Assembly (NCBI RefSeq): GCF_022846255.1 | Contig: NZ_AP025682.1 | Reading direction: 5' to 3' (one strand) | Length of the DNA: 64,000 nucleotides | From: Escherichia coli | GTDB lineage: Bacteria > Pseudomonadota > Gammaproteobacteria > Enterobacterales > Enterobacteriaceae | Shown: positions 50,223-61,959 of the stretch, piece by piece | Layout of the letters: each line of letters begins with the position of its first letter | Position numbering within the stretch: position 1 is the first letter of the stretch | Notes under the pieces: generated by a model | What the model saw: only the letters and a program-made list of their open reading frames with translations | Database searches by the model: none | What the model was told of the DNA's origin: nothing | Program-made: the position numbers and the translations under genes

Positions 50223-50912
50223 TTAGCGCCCCGCCCGCTCACGGCTGATTCTGGCCAGCCATTCTGAAATCAACAGGGAGATCATCGCCAGCGCAATAGA
50301 AATAATACACAGTCTCGCCGCGCCACTTTCCCCGCCAGGGGTCTGGATCAGGGTATACATGGCAGAAGGAATGGTTCGCGTTTCACCAGGAATGTTAGAA
50401 ACAAAGGTGATGGTTGCGCCAAATTCACCGAGCGAACGAGCGAATGCCAGTACCGTACCAACAATAATTCCCGGCAACGTCAGCGGTAAGGTAATAGTGA
50501 AGAAGACACGCCAGCGCCCGGCACCCAACGTTCTTGCGGCCTGCTCCAGTTTGATATCAACACCTTCCAGCGCCAGACGAATCGCCCGCACCATCAGCGG
50601 AAAAGACATGACAGCGGCAGCGAGAACCGCACCACGCCAGCTAAACGCGAAAGAAAGACCAAACCAGTCATACAGACGTTCACCGATAAATCCGCGCCGT
50701 CCCATCGAAACTAATAATAGGTAACCGACGACCACGGGCGGTAACACCAGCGGTAGATGCAGTACGCTGTCGAGCAGAGCTTTGCCCGGAAACGTGCAAC
50801 GTACCAGTAACCAGGCAAAAAAGATCCCAAACGGCAGGCTAAACAGCACAGCCAGGGAAGAAACTTTCAGGCTTAATAAAACTGCCTGCCATTCTGGATC
50901 GGTCAGTATCAT
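50223..50912 (-). CDS. modB: molybdate ABC transporter permease
   Basis: 229-aa ORF, ABC permease EAA-type loop. Confidence 0.96.
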   Translation of the reverse strand: MILTDPEWQAVLLSLKVSSLAVLFSLPFGIFFAWLLVRCTFPGKALLDSVLHLPLVLPPVVVGYLLLVSMGRRGFIGERLYDWFGLSFAFSWRGAVLAAAVMSFPLMVRAIRLALEGVDIKLEQAARTLGAGRWRVFFTITLPLTLPGIIVGTVLAFARSLGEFGATITFVSNIPGETRTIPSAMYTLIQTPGGESGAARLCIISIALAMISLLISEWLARISRERAGR

Positions 50913-51685
50913 TACTTGGTTGTAAATCCGTAACGTTTAAAGATTTCCGCAGCCTGCGGCCCCTTCAGATAATCATAAAATGCTTTCACTGTCGCATTGT
51001 TATGCCCTTCCACAACAGCAACCGGATATTCCACTTTTTTATGTGAATCTTCCGGGAAGGTGGCAACCACTTTTACCCCTTTGCTGGCAACTGCGTCAGA
51101 ACCGTAAACAATACCCAGCGGCGCTTCATTGCGTTCGACCAACGCCAGCGCGCCACGAACATCTTCCGCCGGAGCCAGTTTCGGGGAGAGCGTATCCCAT
51201 GCGCCCAGTTTTTGCAGTGCTTCTTTCGCATAAATGCCAGCAGGGACATGTTCCGGATCACCAACCGCGAGGCGACCGCCATTCAGCAGCGAAGTCCAGT
51301 TGGTTTTGCTGTCGATGGTGAAATCTTTCTGCTCGCTGGCTTTCGGTGCTACAACGACCAGGCTATTGCCGAGCAGTGTCTGGCGCGAAGCCGTATCGAT
51401 CGCTTTTTTATCAACCGCATAATCCATCCATTTCTGATCGGCAGAAATAAATAGATCCGCAGGCGCACCCGCTTCAATCTGACGGGCCAAAGTAGATGAC
51501 GAAGCGAAAGAAGAAACCACATCCACGCCTTTCTCTTTTTTATACTGCGTAGCAATGTCCTGCATTGCGTTAGTCAGTGATGCGGCGGCGAACACCGTGA
51601 TTTTCCCTTCATCTGCCAGTGCATTGCCAGCAACAGCGAAAGAGAGTGCCGCCCCGGTAAACAAGTTCAACCATTTACGAGCCAT
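50912..51685 (-). CDS. modA: molybdate ABC transporter periplasmic binding protein
   Basis: 257-aa ORF with signal peptide; first gene of modABC. Confidence 0.96.
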   Translation of the reverse strand: MARKWLNLFTGAALSFAVAGNALADEGKITVFAAASLTNAMQDIATQYKKEKGVDVVSSFASSSTLARQIEAGAPADLFISADQKWMDYAVDKKAIDTASRQTLLGNSLVVVAPKASEQKDFTIDSKTNWTSLLNGGRLAVGDPEHVPAGIYAKEALQKLGAWDTLSPKLAPAEDVRGALALVERNEAPLGIVYGSDAVASKGVKVVATFPEDSHKKVEYPVAVVEGHNNATVKAFYDYLKGPQAAEIFKRYGFTTK

Positions 51686-51704
51686 TGGTAACCCCTTAAT
51701 GTAA

Positions 51705-51728
51705 CGTTATGTAGGCGTCAATATAACG
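51705..51728. promoter_or_regulatory. ModE operator at the modA promoter
   Basis: cgttatgtaggcgtcaatataacg (inverted CGTTAT / ATAACG arms) about 20 nt upstream of the modA start. Confidence 0.8.
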
Positions 51729-51851
51729 GCAAGTTCGGAATTTTCCCAGCAGTTATTGCTAACCTTTGTGAGGTAGATGAGAAAAAATATCGGCAGAAAA
51801 AGCAGGAAGTTGAGAAAAAGAAAATGCCCGACTAAGCGGGCATTCAGGGAA

Positions 51852-52019
<168 letters not shown>

Positions 52020-52129
52020 TCATGAGACTATTCTAACCGCTAAGCAAAGAAAAGCACTCCCCTTTTGTGCGGTCAGCTTTGCGTGGCGTTCGTTTTCCGT
52101 CACAATAAGACTTTTTCCAGGATATTGTT

Positions 52130-52918
52130 ATGCAGGCCGAAATCCTTCTCACCCTTAAGCTCCAACAAAAATTATTCGCCGACCCGCGCCGCATTTCGCT
52201 ACTAAAACACATTGCGCTTTCCGGTTCCATTAGCCAGGGAGCGAAAGATGCCGGTATCAGCTATAAAAGCGCCTGGGATGCCATTAACGAGATGAATCAG
52301 TTAAGTGAGCATATTCTGGTTGAGCGCGCAACAGGCGGTAAAGGTGGAGGCGGCGCAGTACTGACCCGCTATGGTCAGCGACTGATTCAGCTCTATGACT
52401 TACTGGCGCAAATCCAGCAAAAAGCCTTTGATGTGTTAAGTGACGATGACGCCCTGCCGCTGAACAGCCTGCTGGCCGCGATCTCACGTTTTTCACTGCA
52501 AACCAGCGCCCGTAACCAATGGTTTGGCACCATCACCGCCCGCGATCATGATGACGTTCAACAGCATGTTGATGTCTTACTGGCTGACGGAAAAACACGC
52601 CTGAAAGTCGCAATTACCGCACAAAGCGGCGCGCGTCTGGGGCTGGATGAAGGCAAAGAAGTGTTGATATTGCTAAAAGCGCCGTGGGTAGGCATTACTC
52701 AGGACGAAGCGGTCGCACAAAACGCCGACAACCAATTACCGGGTATTATTAGCCATATTGAGCGCGGCGCAGAGCAGTGCGAAGTATTAATGGCGCTACC
52801 CGACGGGCAAACACTGTGCGCCACAGTGCCGGTAAATGAAGCGACTTCTCTTCAGCAAGGACAGAATGTCACGGCCTACTTTAATGCCGACAGCGTGATT
52901 ATCGCCACGCTGTGCTAA
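52130..52918 (+). CDS. modE: molybdate-responsive transcriptional regulator ModE
   Basis: 262-aa ORF, N-terminal HTH and tandem C-terminal Mop domains. Confidence 0.96.
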   Translation: MQAEILLTLKLQQKLFADPRRISLLKHIALSGSISQGAKDAGISYKSAWDAINEMNQLSEHILVERATGGKGGGGAVLTRYGQRLIQLYDLLAQIQQKAFDVLSDDDALPLNSLLAAISRFSLQTSARNQWFGTITARDHDDVQQHVDVLLADGKTRLKVAITAQSGARLGLDEGKEVLILLKAPWVGITQDEAVAQNADNQLPGIISHIERGAEQCEVLMALPDGQTLCATVPVNEATSLQQGQNVTAYFNADSVIIATLC

Positions 52919-52985
52919 GCGTGTTGACAATTTGTTATGAAACACGTATCCCTGTCAGTAATCGCTGCACAAAATGGGATATAAA

Positions 52986-54458
52986 ATGTCATCGTTGCAA
53001 ATTTTGCAAGGCACGTTTCGTCTTAGCGACACAAAAACGCTGCAATTGCCTCAGCTAACGTTAAACGCGGGTGATAGTTGGGCGTTTGTCGGTTCGAATG
53101 GAAGCGGGAAATCGGCGCTGGCCCGCGCGCAGGCGGGGGAACTTCCGCTTTTGAAAGGTGAACGGCAAAGCCAGTTTTCCCACATCACTCGTCTCTCCTT
53201 CGAGCAATTGCAAAAGCTCGTCAGCGACGAATGGCAGCGGAATAACACCGATATGCTCGGCCCTGGCGAAGATGACACCGGGCGTACCACGGCTGAAATC
53301 ATTCAGGATGAAGTAAAGGATGCACCGCGTTGCATGCAACTGGCGCAGCAGTTCGGTATTACCGCCCTCCTCGACCGACGCTTTAAATACCTTTCCACTG
53401 GCGAGACGCGAAAAACCCTGCTGTGTCAGGCGCTGATGTCGGAGCCTGACTTGTTGATTCTTGATGAGCCGTTCGATGGCCTGGATGTTGCCTCACGTCA
53501 GCAGCTGGCTGAGCTACTCGCCTCGTTACATCAGTCCGGTATTACTCTGGTACTGGTGCTCAATCGCTTCGATGAGATCCCGGAATTTGTCCAGTTTGCT
53601 GGCGTGCTGGCGGATTGTACGTTAGCGGAAACGGGCGCTAAAGAGGAACTGCTCCAGCAAGCACTCGTCGCGCAACTGGCACATAGCGAACAGCTTGAAG
53701 GTGTGCAACTGCCGGAGCCGGATGAACCTTCAGCACGTCACGCCTTACCCGCCAACGAACCGCGCATTGTGCTGAACAACGGCGTGGTTTCTTATAACGA
53801 TCGCCCCATTCTTAATAACCTTAGCTGGCAGGTGAATCCAGGCGAACACTGGCAAATTGTCGGGCCAAATGGCGCGGGAAAATCGACGTTATTAAGCCTG
53901 ATTACTGGCGATCATCCGCAAGGTTACAGCAACGATTTGACGCTTTTCGGACGACGTCGCGGCAGCGGCGAAACCATCTGGGATATCAAAAAGCATATCG
54001 GTTACGTCAGCAGTAGTTTGCATCTGGATTACCGGATCAGCACTACCGTGCGTAATGTGATCCTTTCTGGCTATTTTGATTCAATTGGCATTTATCAGGC
54101 CGTTTCGGATCGCCAGCAAAAACTGGTGCAGCAGTGGCTGGATATTCTCGGCATTGATAAACGCACGGCTGACGCTCCGTTCCATAGTCTTTCCTGGGGA
54201 CAGCAGCGTCTGGCGCTGATCGTCCGCGCGCTGGTGAAACATCCGACGTTGCTTATTCTTGATGAACCACTACAGGGGCTTGATCCGCTCAATCGCCAGC
54301 TTATCCGCCGGTTTGTTGATGTGCTGATTAGCGAAGGTGAAACGCAATTGTTGTTTGTTTCGCACCATGCTGAAGATGCGCCTGCCTGTATTACCCATCG
54401 TCTTGAGTTCGTGCCGGACGGTGACTTTTATCGCTATGCGCTGACAAAAATAAACTGA
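52986..54458 (+). CDS. modF: ABC-type ATPase ModF (two fused ATPase domains)
   Basis: ORF track 52974-54458; 490 aa from MSSLQILQG; two Walker A motifs (GSNGSGKS, GPNGAGKST). Confidence 0.93.
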   Translation: MSSLQILQGTFRLSDTKTLQLPQLTLNAGDSWAFVGSNGSGKSALARAQAGELPLLKGERQSQFSHITRLSFEQLQKLVSDEWQRNNTDMLGPGEDDTGRTTAEIIQDEVKDAPRCMQLAQQFGITALLDRRFKYLSTGETRKTLLCQALMSEPDLLILDEPFDGLDVASRQQLAELLASLHQSGITLVLVLNRFDEIPEFVQFAGVLADCTLAETGAKEELLQQALVAQLAHSEQLEGVQLPEPDEPSARHALPANEPRIVLNNGVVSYNDRPILNNLSWQVNPGEHWQIVGPNGAGKSTLLSLITGDHPQGYSNDLTLFGRRRGSGETIWDIKKHIGYVSSSLHLDYRISTTVRNVILSGYFDSIGIYQAVSDRQQKLVQQWLDILGIDKRTADAPFHSLSWGQQRLALIVRALVKHPTLLILDEPLQGLDPLNRQLIRRFVDVLISEGETQLLFVSHHAEDAPACITHRLEFVPDGDFYRYALTKIN

Positions 54459-54478
54459 GTCGGTAATGCTGACTGTAC

Positions 54479-54512
54479 CGGAGGCGGCCTAAGCGCCCTC
54501 TCCGGCCTACAG
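54479..54512. repeat. REP element downstream of modF
   Basis: ccggaggcggcctaagcgccctctccggcctaca. Confidence 0.8.
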
Positions 54513-54624
54513 TTCGACGCATCCAGGCATGAAACGCGTCTTTTTTTCAGATAAAAAGCGCAATCATTCATAAAGCCGCTGTTTTATAATCACTTAATCG
54601 CGCATAAAAAACGGCTAAATTCCT

Positions 54625-54700
54625 GTGTAAACGATTCCACTAATTTATTCCATGTCACACTTTTCGCATCTTTGTTATGCTATGGTTATTTCATACCATA
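54625..54700 (+). promoter_or_regulatory. gal control region: GalR/GalS operator OE, CRP site, galP1/P2 -10 region
   Basis: OE gtgtaaacgattccac at 54625-54640; CRP site aatttattccatgtcacac; tatgctatggttatttcatacc matches the textbook gal promoter. Confidence 0.9.
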
Positions 54701-54718
54701 AGCCTAATGGAGCGAATT

Positions 54719-55735
54719 ATGAGAGTTCTGGTTACCGGTGGTAGCGGTTACATTGGAAGTCATACCTGTGTGCAATTACTGCAAAACGGTCATGATGTCA
54801 TCATTCTTGATAACCTCTGTAACAGTAAGCGCAGCGTACTGCCTGTTATCGAGCGTTTAGGCGGCAAACATCCAACGTTTGTTGAAGGCGATATCCGTAA
54901 CGAAGCGTTGATGACCGAGATCCTGCACGATCACGCTATCGACACTGTGATCCACTTCGCCGGGCTGAAAGCCGTTGGCGAATCGGTACAAAAACCGCTT
55001 GAATATTACGACAACAATGTCAACGGTACCCTGCGCCTGATTAGCGCCATGCGCGCCGCGAACGTCAAAAACTTTATTTTTAGCTCCTCCGCCACCGTCT
55101 ATGGCGATCAGCCCAAAATTCCATACGTTGAAAGCTTCCCGACCGGCACACCGCAAAGCCCTTACGGCAAAAGCAAACTGATGGTGGAACAGATCCTCAC
55201 CGATCTGCAAAAAGCCCAGCCGGACTGGAGCATTGCCCTGCTGCGCTACTTCAACCCGGTTGGCGCGCATCCGTCGGGCGATATGGGCGAAGATCCGCAA
55301 GGCATTCCGAATAACCTGATGCCATACATCGCCCAGGTTGCTGTAGGCCGTCGCGACTCGCTGGCGATTTTTGGTAACGATTATCCGACCGAAGACGGTA
55401 CTGGCGTACGCGATTACATCCACGTAATGGATCTGGCGGACGGTCACGTCGTGGCGATGGAAAAACTGGCGAACAAGCCAGGCGTACACATCTATAACCT
55501 CGGCGCTGGCGTAGGCAGCAGCGTGCTGGACGTGGTTAATGCCTTCAGCAAAGCCTGCGGCAAACCGGTTAATTATCATTTTGCACCGCGTCGCGAGGGC
55601 GACCTTCCGGCCTACTGGGCGGACGCCAGCAAAGCCGACCGTGAACTGAACTGGCGCGTAACGCGCACACTCGATGAAATGGCGCAGGACACCTGGCACT
55701 GGCAGTCACGCCATCCACAGGGATATCCCGATTAA
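54719..55735 (+). CDS. galE: UDP-glucose 4-epimerase
   Basis: ORF track 54677-55735; 338 aa from MRVLVTGGSGYIGSH (Rossmann). Confidence 0.97.
   Translation: MRVLVTGGSGYIGSHTCVQLLQNGHDVIILDNLCNSKRSVLPVIERLGGKHPTFVEGDIRNEALMTEILHDHAIDTVIHFAGLKAVGESVQKPLEYYDNNVNGTLRLISAMRAANVKNFIFSSSATVYGDQPKIPYVESFPTGTPQSPYGKSKLMVEQILTDLQKAQPDWSIALLRYFNPVGAHPSGDMGEDPQGIPNNLMPYIAQVAVGRRDSLAIFGNDYPTEDGTGVRDYIHVMDLADGHVVAMEKLANKPGVHIYNLGAGVGSSVLDVVNAFSKACGKPVNYHFAPRREGDLPAYWADASKADRELNWRVTRTLDEMAQDTWHWQSRHPQGYPD
54738..54753 (+). promoter_or_regulatory. gal internal operator OI (inside the galE 5' end)
   Basis: gtggtagcggttacat matches the known OI. Confidence 0.9.
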
Positions 55736-55744
55736 GGAACGACC

Positions 55745-56791
55745 ATGACGCAATTTAATCCCGTTGATCATCCACATCGCCGCTACAACCCGCTCACCGG
55801 GCAATGGATTCTGGTTTCACCGCACCGCGCTAAGCGCCCCTGGCAGGGGGCGCAGGAAACGCCAGCCAAACAGGTGTTACCTGCGCACGATCCAGATTGC
55901 TTCCTCTGCGCAGGTAATGTACGGGTGACAGGCGATAAAAACCCCGATTACACCGGGACTTACGTTTTCACTAATGACTTTGCGGCCTTGATGTCTGACA
56001 CGCCAGATGCGCCAGAAAGCAACGATCCGCTAATGCGTTGCCAGAGCGCGCGCGGTACCAGCCGGGTGATCTGCTTTTCACCGGATCACAGTAAAACGTT
56101 GCCAGAACTGAGCGTTGCGGCATTGACGGAAATCGTCAAAACCTGGCAGGAGCAAACCGCAGAGCTGGGAAAAACGTACCCGTGGGTACAGGTCTTTGAA
56201 AACAAAGGCGCGGCGATGGGCTGCTCTAACCCGCATCCGCACGGACAGATTTGGGCAAATAGCTTCCTGCCTAACGAAGCTGAGCGCGAAGACCGCCTGC
56301 AAAAAGAATATTTCGCCGGGCAGAAATCACCAATGCTGGTGGATTATGTTCAGCGCGAGCTGGCAGACGGTAGCCGTACCGTTGTCGAAACCGAACACTG
56401 GTTAGCCGTTGTACCTTACTGGGCTGCCTGGCCGTTCGAAACGCTACTGCTGCCCAAAGCCCACGTTTTGCGGATCACCGATTTGACCGACGCCCAGCGC
56501 AGCGATTTGGCACTGGCGTTGAAAAAGCTGACCAGTCGTTATGACAACCTCTTCCAGTGCTCCTTCCCCTACTCTATGGGCTGGCACGGCGCGCCATTTA
56601 ATGGCGAAGAGAATCAACACTGGCAGCTGCACGCGCACTTTTATCCGCCTCTGTTGCGCTCCGCCACCGTACGTAAATTTATGGTTGGTTATGAAATGCT
56701 GGCAGAAACCCAGCGAGACCTGACCGCAGAACAGGCAGCAGAGCGTTTGCGCGCAGTCAGCGATATCCATTTTCGCGAATCCGGAGTGTAA
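55745..56791 (+). CDS. galT: galactose-1-phosphate uridylyltransferase
   Basis: 348-aa ORF with HPH active-site motif ([10 protein letters not shown]). Confidence 0.97.
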   Translation: MTQFNPVDHPHRRYNPLTGQWILVSPHRAKRPWQGAQETPAKQVLPAHDPDCFLCAGNVRVTGDKNPDYTGTYVFTNDFAALMSDTPDAPESNDPLMRCQSARGTSRVICFSPDHSKTLPELSVAALTEIVKTWQEQTAELGKTYPWVQVFENKGAAMGCSNPHPHGQIWANSFLPNEAEREDRLQKEYFAGQKSPMLVDYVQRELADGSRTVVETEHWLAVVPYWAAWPFETLLLPKAHVLRITDLTDAQRSDLALALKKLTSRYDNLFQCSFPYSMGWHGAPFNGEENQHWQLHAHFYPPLLRSATVRKFMVGYEMLAETQRDLTAEQAAERLRAVSDIHFRESGV

Positions 56792-56794
56792 GAA

Positions 56795-57943
56795 ATGAGT
56801 CTGAAAGAAAAAACACAATCTCTGTTTGCCAACGCATTTGGCTACCCTGCCACTCACACCATTCAGGCGCCTGGCCGCGTGAATTTGATTGGTGAACACA
56901 CCGACTACAACGACGGTTTCGTTCTGCCCTGCGCGATTGATTATCAAACCGTGATCAGTTGTGCACCACGCGATGACCGTAAAGTTCGCGTGATGGCAGC
57001 CGATTATGAAAATCAGCTCGACGAGTTTTCCCTTGATACGCCCATTATCGCGCATGAAAACTATCAATGGGCGAACTACGTTCGTGGCGTGGTGAAACAT
57101 CTGCAACTGCGTAACAACAACTTCGGCGGTGTGGACATGGTGATCAGCGGCAATGTGCCGCAGGGTGCCGGGTTAAGTTCTTCCGCTTCACTGGAAGTCG
57201 CGGTCGGAACCGTATTGCAGCAGCTTTATCATCTGCCGCTGGACGGCGCACAAATCGCGCTTAATGGTCAGGAAGCAGAAAACCAGTTTGTAGGCTGTAA
57301 CTGTGGAATCATGGATCAACTGATTTCCGCGCTCGGCAAGAAAGATCATGCCTTGCTGATCGATTGCCGCTCACTGGGGACCAAAGCTGTTTCCATGCCG
57401 AAAGGCGTGGCTGTCGTCATCATCAACAGTAACTTCAAACGTACCCTGGTTGGCAGCGAATACAACACCCGTCGTGAACAGTGCGAAACCGGTGCGCGTT
57501 TCTTCCAGCAGCCAGCTCTGCGCGATGTCACCATTGAAGAGTTCAACGCTGTTGCGCATGAACTGGACCCAATCGTGGCGAAACGCGTGCGTCATATCCT
57601 GACTGAAAACGCCCGCACCGTTGAAGCTGCCAGCGCACTGGAGCAAGGCGACCTGAAACGTATGGGCGAGTTGATGGCGGAGTCTCATGCCTCTATGCGC
57701 GATGATTTCGAAATCACCGTGCCGCAAATTGACACTCTGGTAGAAATCGTCAAAGCTGTGATTGGCGACAAAGGTGGCGTACGCATGACCGGCGGCGGAT
57801 TTGGTGGCTGTATCGTCGCGTTGATCCCGGAAGAGCTGGTGCCTGCCGTACAGCAAGCTGTCGCTGAACAATATGAAGCAAAAACAGGTATTAAAGAGAC
57901 TTTTTACGTTTGTAAACCATCACAAGGAGCAGGACAGTGCTGA
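56795..57943 (+). CDS. galK: galactokinase
   Basis: 382-aa ORF, GHMP kinase motifs ([25 protein letters not shown]). Confidence 0.97.
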   Translation: MSLKEKTQSLFANAFGYPATHTIQAPGRVNLIGEHTDYNDGFVLPCAIDYQTVISCAPRDDRKVRVMAADYENQLDEFSLDTPIIAHENYQWANYVRGVVKHLQLRNNNFGGVDMVISGNVPQGAGLSSSASLEVAVGTVLQQLYHLPLDGAQIALNGQEAENQFVGCNCGIMDQLISALGKKDHALLIDCRSLGTKAVSMPKGVAVVIINSNFKRTLVGSEYNTRREQCETGARFFQQPALRDVTIEEFNAVAHELDPIVAKRVRHILTENARTVEAASALEQGDLKRMGELMAESHASMRDDFEITVPQIDTLVEIVKAVIGDKGGVRMTGGGFGGCIVALIPEELVPAVQQAVAEQYEAKTGIKETFYVCKPSQGAGQC

Positions 57944-58977
57944 ACGAAACTCCCGCACTGGCACCCGATGGTCAGCCGTACCGACTGTTAACTTTGCGTA
58001 ACAACGCAGGGATGGTAGTCACGCTGATGGACTGGGGTGCGACTTTACTTTCCGCCCGTATTCCGCTTTCCGATGGCAGCGTCCGCGAGGCGCTGCTCGG
58101 CTGTGCCAGCCCGGAATGCTATCAGGATCAGGCCGCATTTCTGGGGGCCTCTATTGGTCGTTATGCCAACCGTATCGCCAATAGCCGTTATACCTTTGAC
58201 GGTGAAACCGTGACGCTTTCGCCAAGTCAGGGCGTTAACCAGCTGCACGGCGGCCCGGAAGGGTTCGACAAACGTCGCTGGCAGATTGTGAACCAGAACG
58301 ATCGTCAGGTGCTGTTTGCCCTGAGTTCAGATGATGGCGATCAGGGCTTCCCGGGTAATCTCGGCGCGACGGTACAATATCGTCTGACCGACGATAACCG
58401 TATCTCTATTACTTATCGCGCCACAGTTGATAAACCTTGCCCGGTGAATATGACTAATCACGTCTATTTCAATCTTGACGGCGAGCAGTCTGACGTGCGC
58501 AATCACAAGTTGCAGATTCTGGCGGACGAATATCTTCCGGTTGATGAAGGCGGCATTCCGCACGACGGCCTGAAATCTGTCGCCGGAACGTCTTTTGATT
58601 TCCGCAGCGCCAAAATCATCGCCAGTGAGTTTCTTGCCGACGACGATCAGCGCAAAGTGAAAGGTTACGATCACGCGTTCTTGTTACAGGCCAAAGGCGA
58701 TGGCAAGAAAGTGGCGGCACATGTCTGGTCAGCAGATGAAAAATTGCAGCTGAAGGTCTACACCACCGCTCCGGCTCTGCAATTCTACTCCGGCAACTAC
58801 CTCGGCGGCACATCGTCGCGGGGAACCGAACCTTACGCCGACTGGCAAGGGCTGGCTCTGGAAAGCGAATTTCTGCCGGACAGCCCGAACCACCCTGAAT
58901 GGCCGCAACCGGACTGTTTCCTGCGTCCTGGCGAAGAGTATTCCAGCCTGACGGAATATCAGTTTATTGCTCAGTAA
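57937..58977 (+). CDS. galM: aldose 1-epimerase (mutarotase)
   Basis: 346-aa ORF overlapping galK end. Confidence 0.96.
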   Translation: MLNETPALAPDGQPYRLLTLRNNAGMVVTLMDWGATLLSARIPLSDGSVREALLGCASPECYQDQAAFLGASIGRYANRIANSRYTFDGETVTLSPSQGVNQLHGGPEGFDKRRWQIVNQNDRQVLFALSSDDGDQGFPGNLGATVQYRLTDDNRISITYRATVDKPCPVNMTNHVYFNLDGEQSDVRNHKLQILADEYLPVDEGGIPHDGLKSVAGTSFDFRSAKIIASEFLADDDQRKVKGYDHAFLLQAKGDGKKVAAHVWSADEKLQLKVYTTAPALQFYSGNYLGGTSSRGTEPYADWQGLALESEFLPDSPNHPEWPQPDCFLRPGEEYSSLTEYQFIAQ

Positions 58978-59135
58978 TGTTAAGCCCTCGTCATGAGGGC
59001 TTTATCTTCATATTGTTCAAATCACCAGCAAACACCGACATATTTGCAACTCAATATTCACAACAACCTTACACTGCGACACTATTTTCGCTATGGTTAT
59101 GCGTAAGCATTGCTGTTGCTTCGTCACGGCAATAT

Positions 59136-59154
59136 AATGAGAATTATTATCATT
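59136..59154 (+). promoter_or_regulatory. Fur-like box upstream of gpmA
   Basis: aatgagaattattatcatt resembles the Fur consensus; gpmA is, as I recall, Fur-repressed. Confidence 0.5.
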
Positions 59155-59179
59155 AAAAGATGATTTGAGGAGTAAGTAT

Positions 59180-59932
59180 ATGGCTGTAACTAAGCTGGTT
59201 CTGGTTCGTCATGGCGAAAGTCAGTGGAACAAAGAAAACCGTTTCACCGGTTGGTACGACGTGGATCTGTCTGAGAAAGGCGTAAGCGAAGCAAAAGCAG
59301 CAGGTAAGCTGCTGAAAGAGGAAGGTTACAGCTTTGACTTTGCTTACACTTCTGTGCTGAAACGCGCTATCCATACCCTGTGGAATGTGCTGGACGAACT
59401 GGATCAGGCATGGCTGCCCGTTGAGAAATCCTGGAAACTGAACGAACGTCACTACGGTGCGTTGCAGGGTCTGAACAAAGCGGAAACTGCTGAAAAGTAT
59501 GGCGACGAGCAGGTGAAACAGTGGCGTCGTGGTTTTGCAGTGACTCCGCCGGAACTGACTAAAGATGATGAGCGTTATCCGGGTCACGATCCGCGTTACG
59601 CGAAACTGAGCGAAAAAGAACTGCCGCTGACGGAAAGCCTGGCGCTGACCATTGACCGCGTGATCCCTTACTGGAATGAAACCATTCTGCCGCGTATGAA
59701 GAGCGGTGAGCGCGTGATCATCGCTGCACACGGTAACTCTTTACGTGCGCTGGTGAAATATCTTGATAATATGAGTGAAGAAGAGATTCTTGAGCTGAAT
59801 ATCCCGACTGGCGTGCCGCTGGTGTATGAGTTCGACGAGAATTTCAAACCGCTGAAACGTTATTATCTGGGTAATGCTGACGAGATCGCGGCGAAAGCAG
59901 CGGCGGTTGCTAACCAGGGTAAAGCGAAGTAA
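59180..59932 (+). CDS. gpmA: 2,3-bisphosphoglycerate-dependent phosphoglycerate mutase
   Basis: ORF track 59165-59932; 250 aa from [17 protein letters not shown] (catalytic RHGE). Confidence 0.97.
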
Positions 59933-59957
59933 ACGTCATTCGTTTAAAAATGAGAAA

Positions 59958-59984
59958 GCCGACTGCAAGTGAGTCGGCTTTTTT
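59958..59984 (+). terminator. intrinsic terminator after gpmA
   Basis: gccgactgcaagtgagtcggc followed by TTTTTT. Confidence 0.75.
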
Positions 59985-60013
59985 GTTTGTCGTTGCTAAC
60001 AATGGAGCACATT

Positions 60014-60088
60014 GCCTGATGCGACGCTGCGCGTTTTATCAGGCCTCCGGTGATTAATCGGATACGCCACTCTGACGGCGCATCCGAC
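60014..60088. repeat. REP elements between gpmA and aroG
   Basis: gcctgatgcgacgctgcgcgttttatcaggcctcc and cggatacgccactctgacggcgcatccgac. Confidence 0.8.
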
Positions 60089-60097
60089 AATTAAACT

Positions 60098-61150
60098 TTA
60101 CCCGCGACGCGCTTTTACTGCATTCGCCAGTTGACGTAACAGAGCATCGGTATCATCCCAGCCAATGCAGGCATCGGTGATGCTCTTGCCATAGGCCAGC
60201 GGTTCCCCACTCTCGAGGCTCTGATTGCCTTCCACCAGATGGCTTTCCACCATCACGCCAATAATGGCCTTTTCGCCACCGGCAATCTGCTGGCAAACGT
60301 CAGTACAAACATCCATCTGCTTTTTGAATTGTTTTGACGAGTTAGCATGGCTGAAATCGATCATCACCTGTGCTGGCAGGCCTGCTTTGTTCAGCCCTTC
60401 TTTTACTTCAGCAACGTGCTTCGCGCTGTAGTTAGGCTCTTTACCGCCGCGCAGAATGATATGGCAATCGCCGTTACCGCTGGTATTCACAATCGCCGAA
60501 TGCCCCCATTTCGTTACGGACAGGAAGCAGTGCGGCGCACCGGCGGCATTAATGGCATCGATAGCCACTTTAATCGTACCGTCGGTGCCATTTTTGAAAC
60601 CTACCGGACAAGAAAGACCAGACGCCAGTTCGCGGTGCACCTGCGATTCGGTGGTACGTGCACCAATTGCGCCCCAGCTCATCAGGTCAGCGAGATATTG
60701 TGGGGTGATCATATCGAGAAACTCACCCGCCGCTGGCAGACCGCTGTCGTTAATATCAAGCAGCAATTTACGGGCAATACGCAGACCGTCGTTGATCTGG
60801 AAGCTGTTATCCATATGCGGATCGTTAATCAGCCCTTTCCAGCCCACCGTGGTACGCGGCTTTTCAAAATAGACGCGCATTACGATTTCCAGCTCATCTT
60901 TCAGCTCTTCACGCAGCGCCAGCAAGCGAGTGGCATACTCTTTAGCCGCGACAGGATCATGAATTGAGCATGGGCCAATCACCACCAACAGGCGATCATC
61001 ATTACCTTTCAGGATCTTATGGATCGCTTTTCGGGCATGGGCGACCGTATTCGCGGCATTTTCAGTAGCGGGGAATTTTTCCAGCAATGCGACAGGAGGA
61101 AGTAACTCTTTGATTTCTTTGATGCGTAAATCGTCGTTCTGATAATTCAT
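60098..61150 (-). CDS. aroG: DAHP synthase, Phe-sensitive
   Basis: 350-aa ORF MNYQNDDLRIKEIKELLPPVALLEKFPATE... Confidence 0.97.
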   Translation of the reverse strand: MNYQNDDLRIKEIKELLPPVALLEKFPATENAANTVAHARKAIHKILKGNDDRLLVVIGPCSIHDPVAAKEYATRLLALREELKDELEIVMRVYFEKPRTTVGWKGLINDPHMDNSFQINDGLRIARKLLLDINDSGLPAAGEFLDMITPQYLADLMSWGAIGARTTESQVHRELASGLSCPVGFKNGTDGTIKVAIDAINAAGAPHCFLSVTKWGHSAIVNTSGNGDCHIILRGGKEPNYSAKHVAEVKEGLNKAGLPAQVMIDFSHANSSKQFKKQMDVCTDVCQQIAGGEKAIIGVMVESHLVEGNQSLESGEPLAYGKSITDACIGWDDTDALLRQLANAVKARRG

Positions 61151-61220
61151 GTCTGTTCCAGTGTTGCCATACTTATCTTAGTGAATGCAATACTTCCAAT
61201 CTATATCTTCCGTCAGAATG

Positions 61221-61238
61221 TGTAAACGGGGTTTTACA
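61221..61238. promoter_or_regulatory. TyrR box in the aroG promoter
   Basis: tgtaaa-cggggt-tttaca is a perfect TGTAAA-N6-TTTACA box about 70 nt upstream of aroG. Confidence 0.8.
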
Positions 61239-61465
61239 CTATGAACGGATTAATCCTGGAATTAGCAAGAAAAACGCCAGATTGTCGCGAAAAACGAGAT
61301 CTCTCCTACAATTTCTAACTGTAACTCCTTTGTTTGTTAATTATTTCAAGATTCTCTGCTGCGTTTCATAAGCTGGCTGAAATCTTAAACCAATGCCTGA
61401 TATTCACCTGCAAATGCACTGTTGGAAGAGGTTATCCGACATAACGACCATAACAGGAGCATCCT

Positions 61466-61846
61466 ATGAAAATGACAAAACTGGCCACGCTATTTCTGAC
61501 TGCCACTCTAAGCCTTGCCAGCGGTGCCGCACTGGCTGCCGATAGCGGAGCGCAAAGCAATAACGGCCAGGCAAACGCCGCAGCTGATGCGGGCCAGGTA
61601 GCCCCTGATGCCCGTGAAAATGTCGCGCCAAATAACGTCGACAATAACGGAGTAAATACCGGTTCTGGAGGCACAATGCTGCATCCGGATGGTTCTTCAA
61701 TGAACAATGATGGCATGACCAAAGATGAAGAGCACAAGAACACCATGTGTAAAGATGGTCGCTGTCCGGATATCAATAAAAAGGTACAAACTGGTGATGG
61801 CATCAATAATGATGTCGATACCAAAACCGACGGTACCACGCAGTAA
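61466..61846 (+). CDS. ybgS: secreted low-complexity (N/D/G-rich) protein YbgS
   Basis: 126-aa ORF with signal peptide and Asn/Asp/Gly-rich mature region. Confidence 0.88.
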   Translation: MKMTKLATLFLTATLSLASGAALAADSGAQSNNGQANAAADAGQVAPDARENVAPNNVDNNGVNTGSGGTMLHPDGSSMNNDGMTKDEEHKNTMCKDGRCPDINKKVQTGDGINNDVDTKTDGTTQ

Positions 61847-61867
61847 CCCTGCAAAATAGCCAATAAT

Positions 61868-61891
61868 GGGAGAGCGGAGTCTCTCCCTTTT
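61868..61891 (+). terminator. intrinsic terminator after ybgS
   Basis: gggagagcggagtctctccc followed by TTTT. Confidence 0.7.
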
Positions 61892-61959
61892 AATTTTTCC
61901 CTTCTACAAGCAGTATGATGTCATAAAGTTAAGTGAGAATAATTAAGGGATGACTCGTC

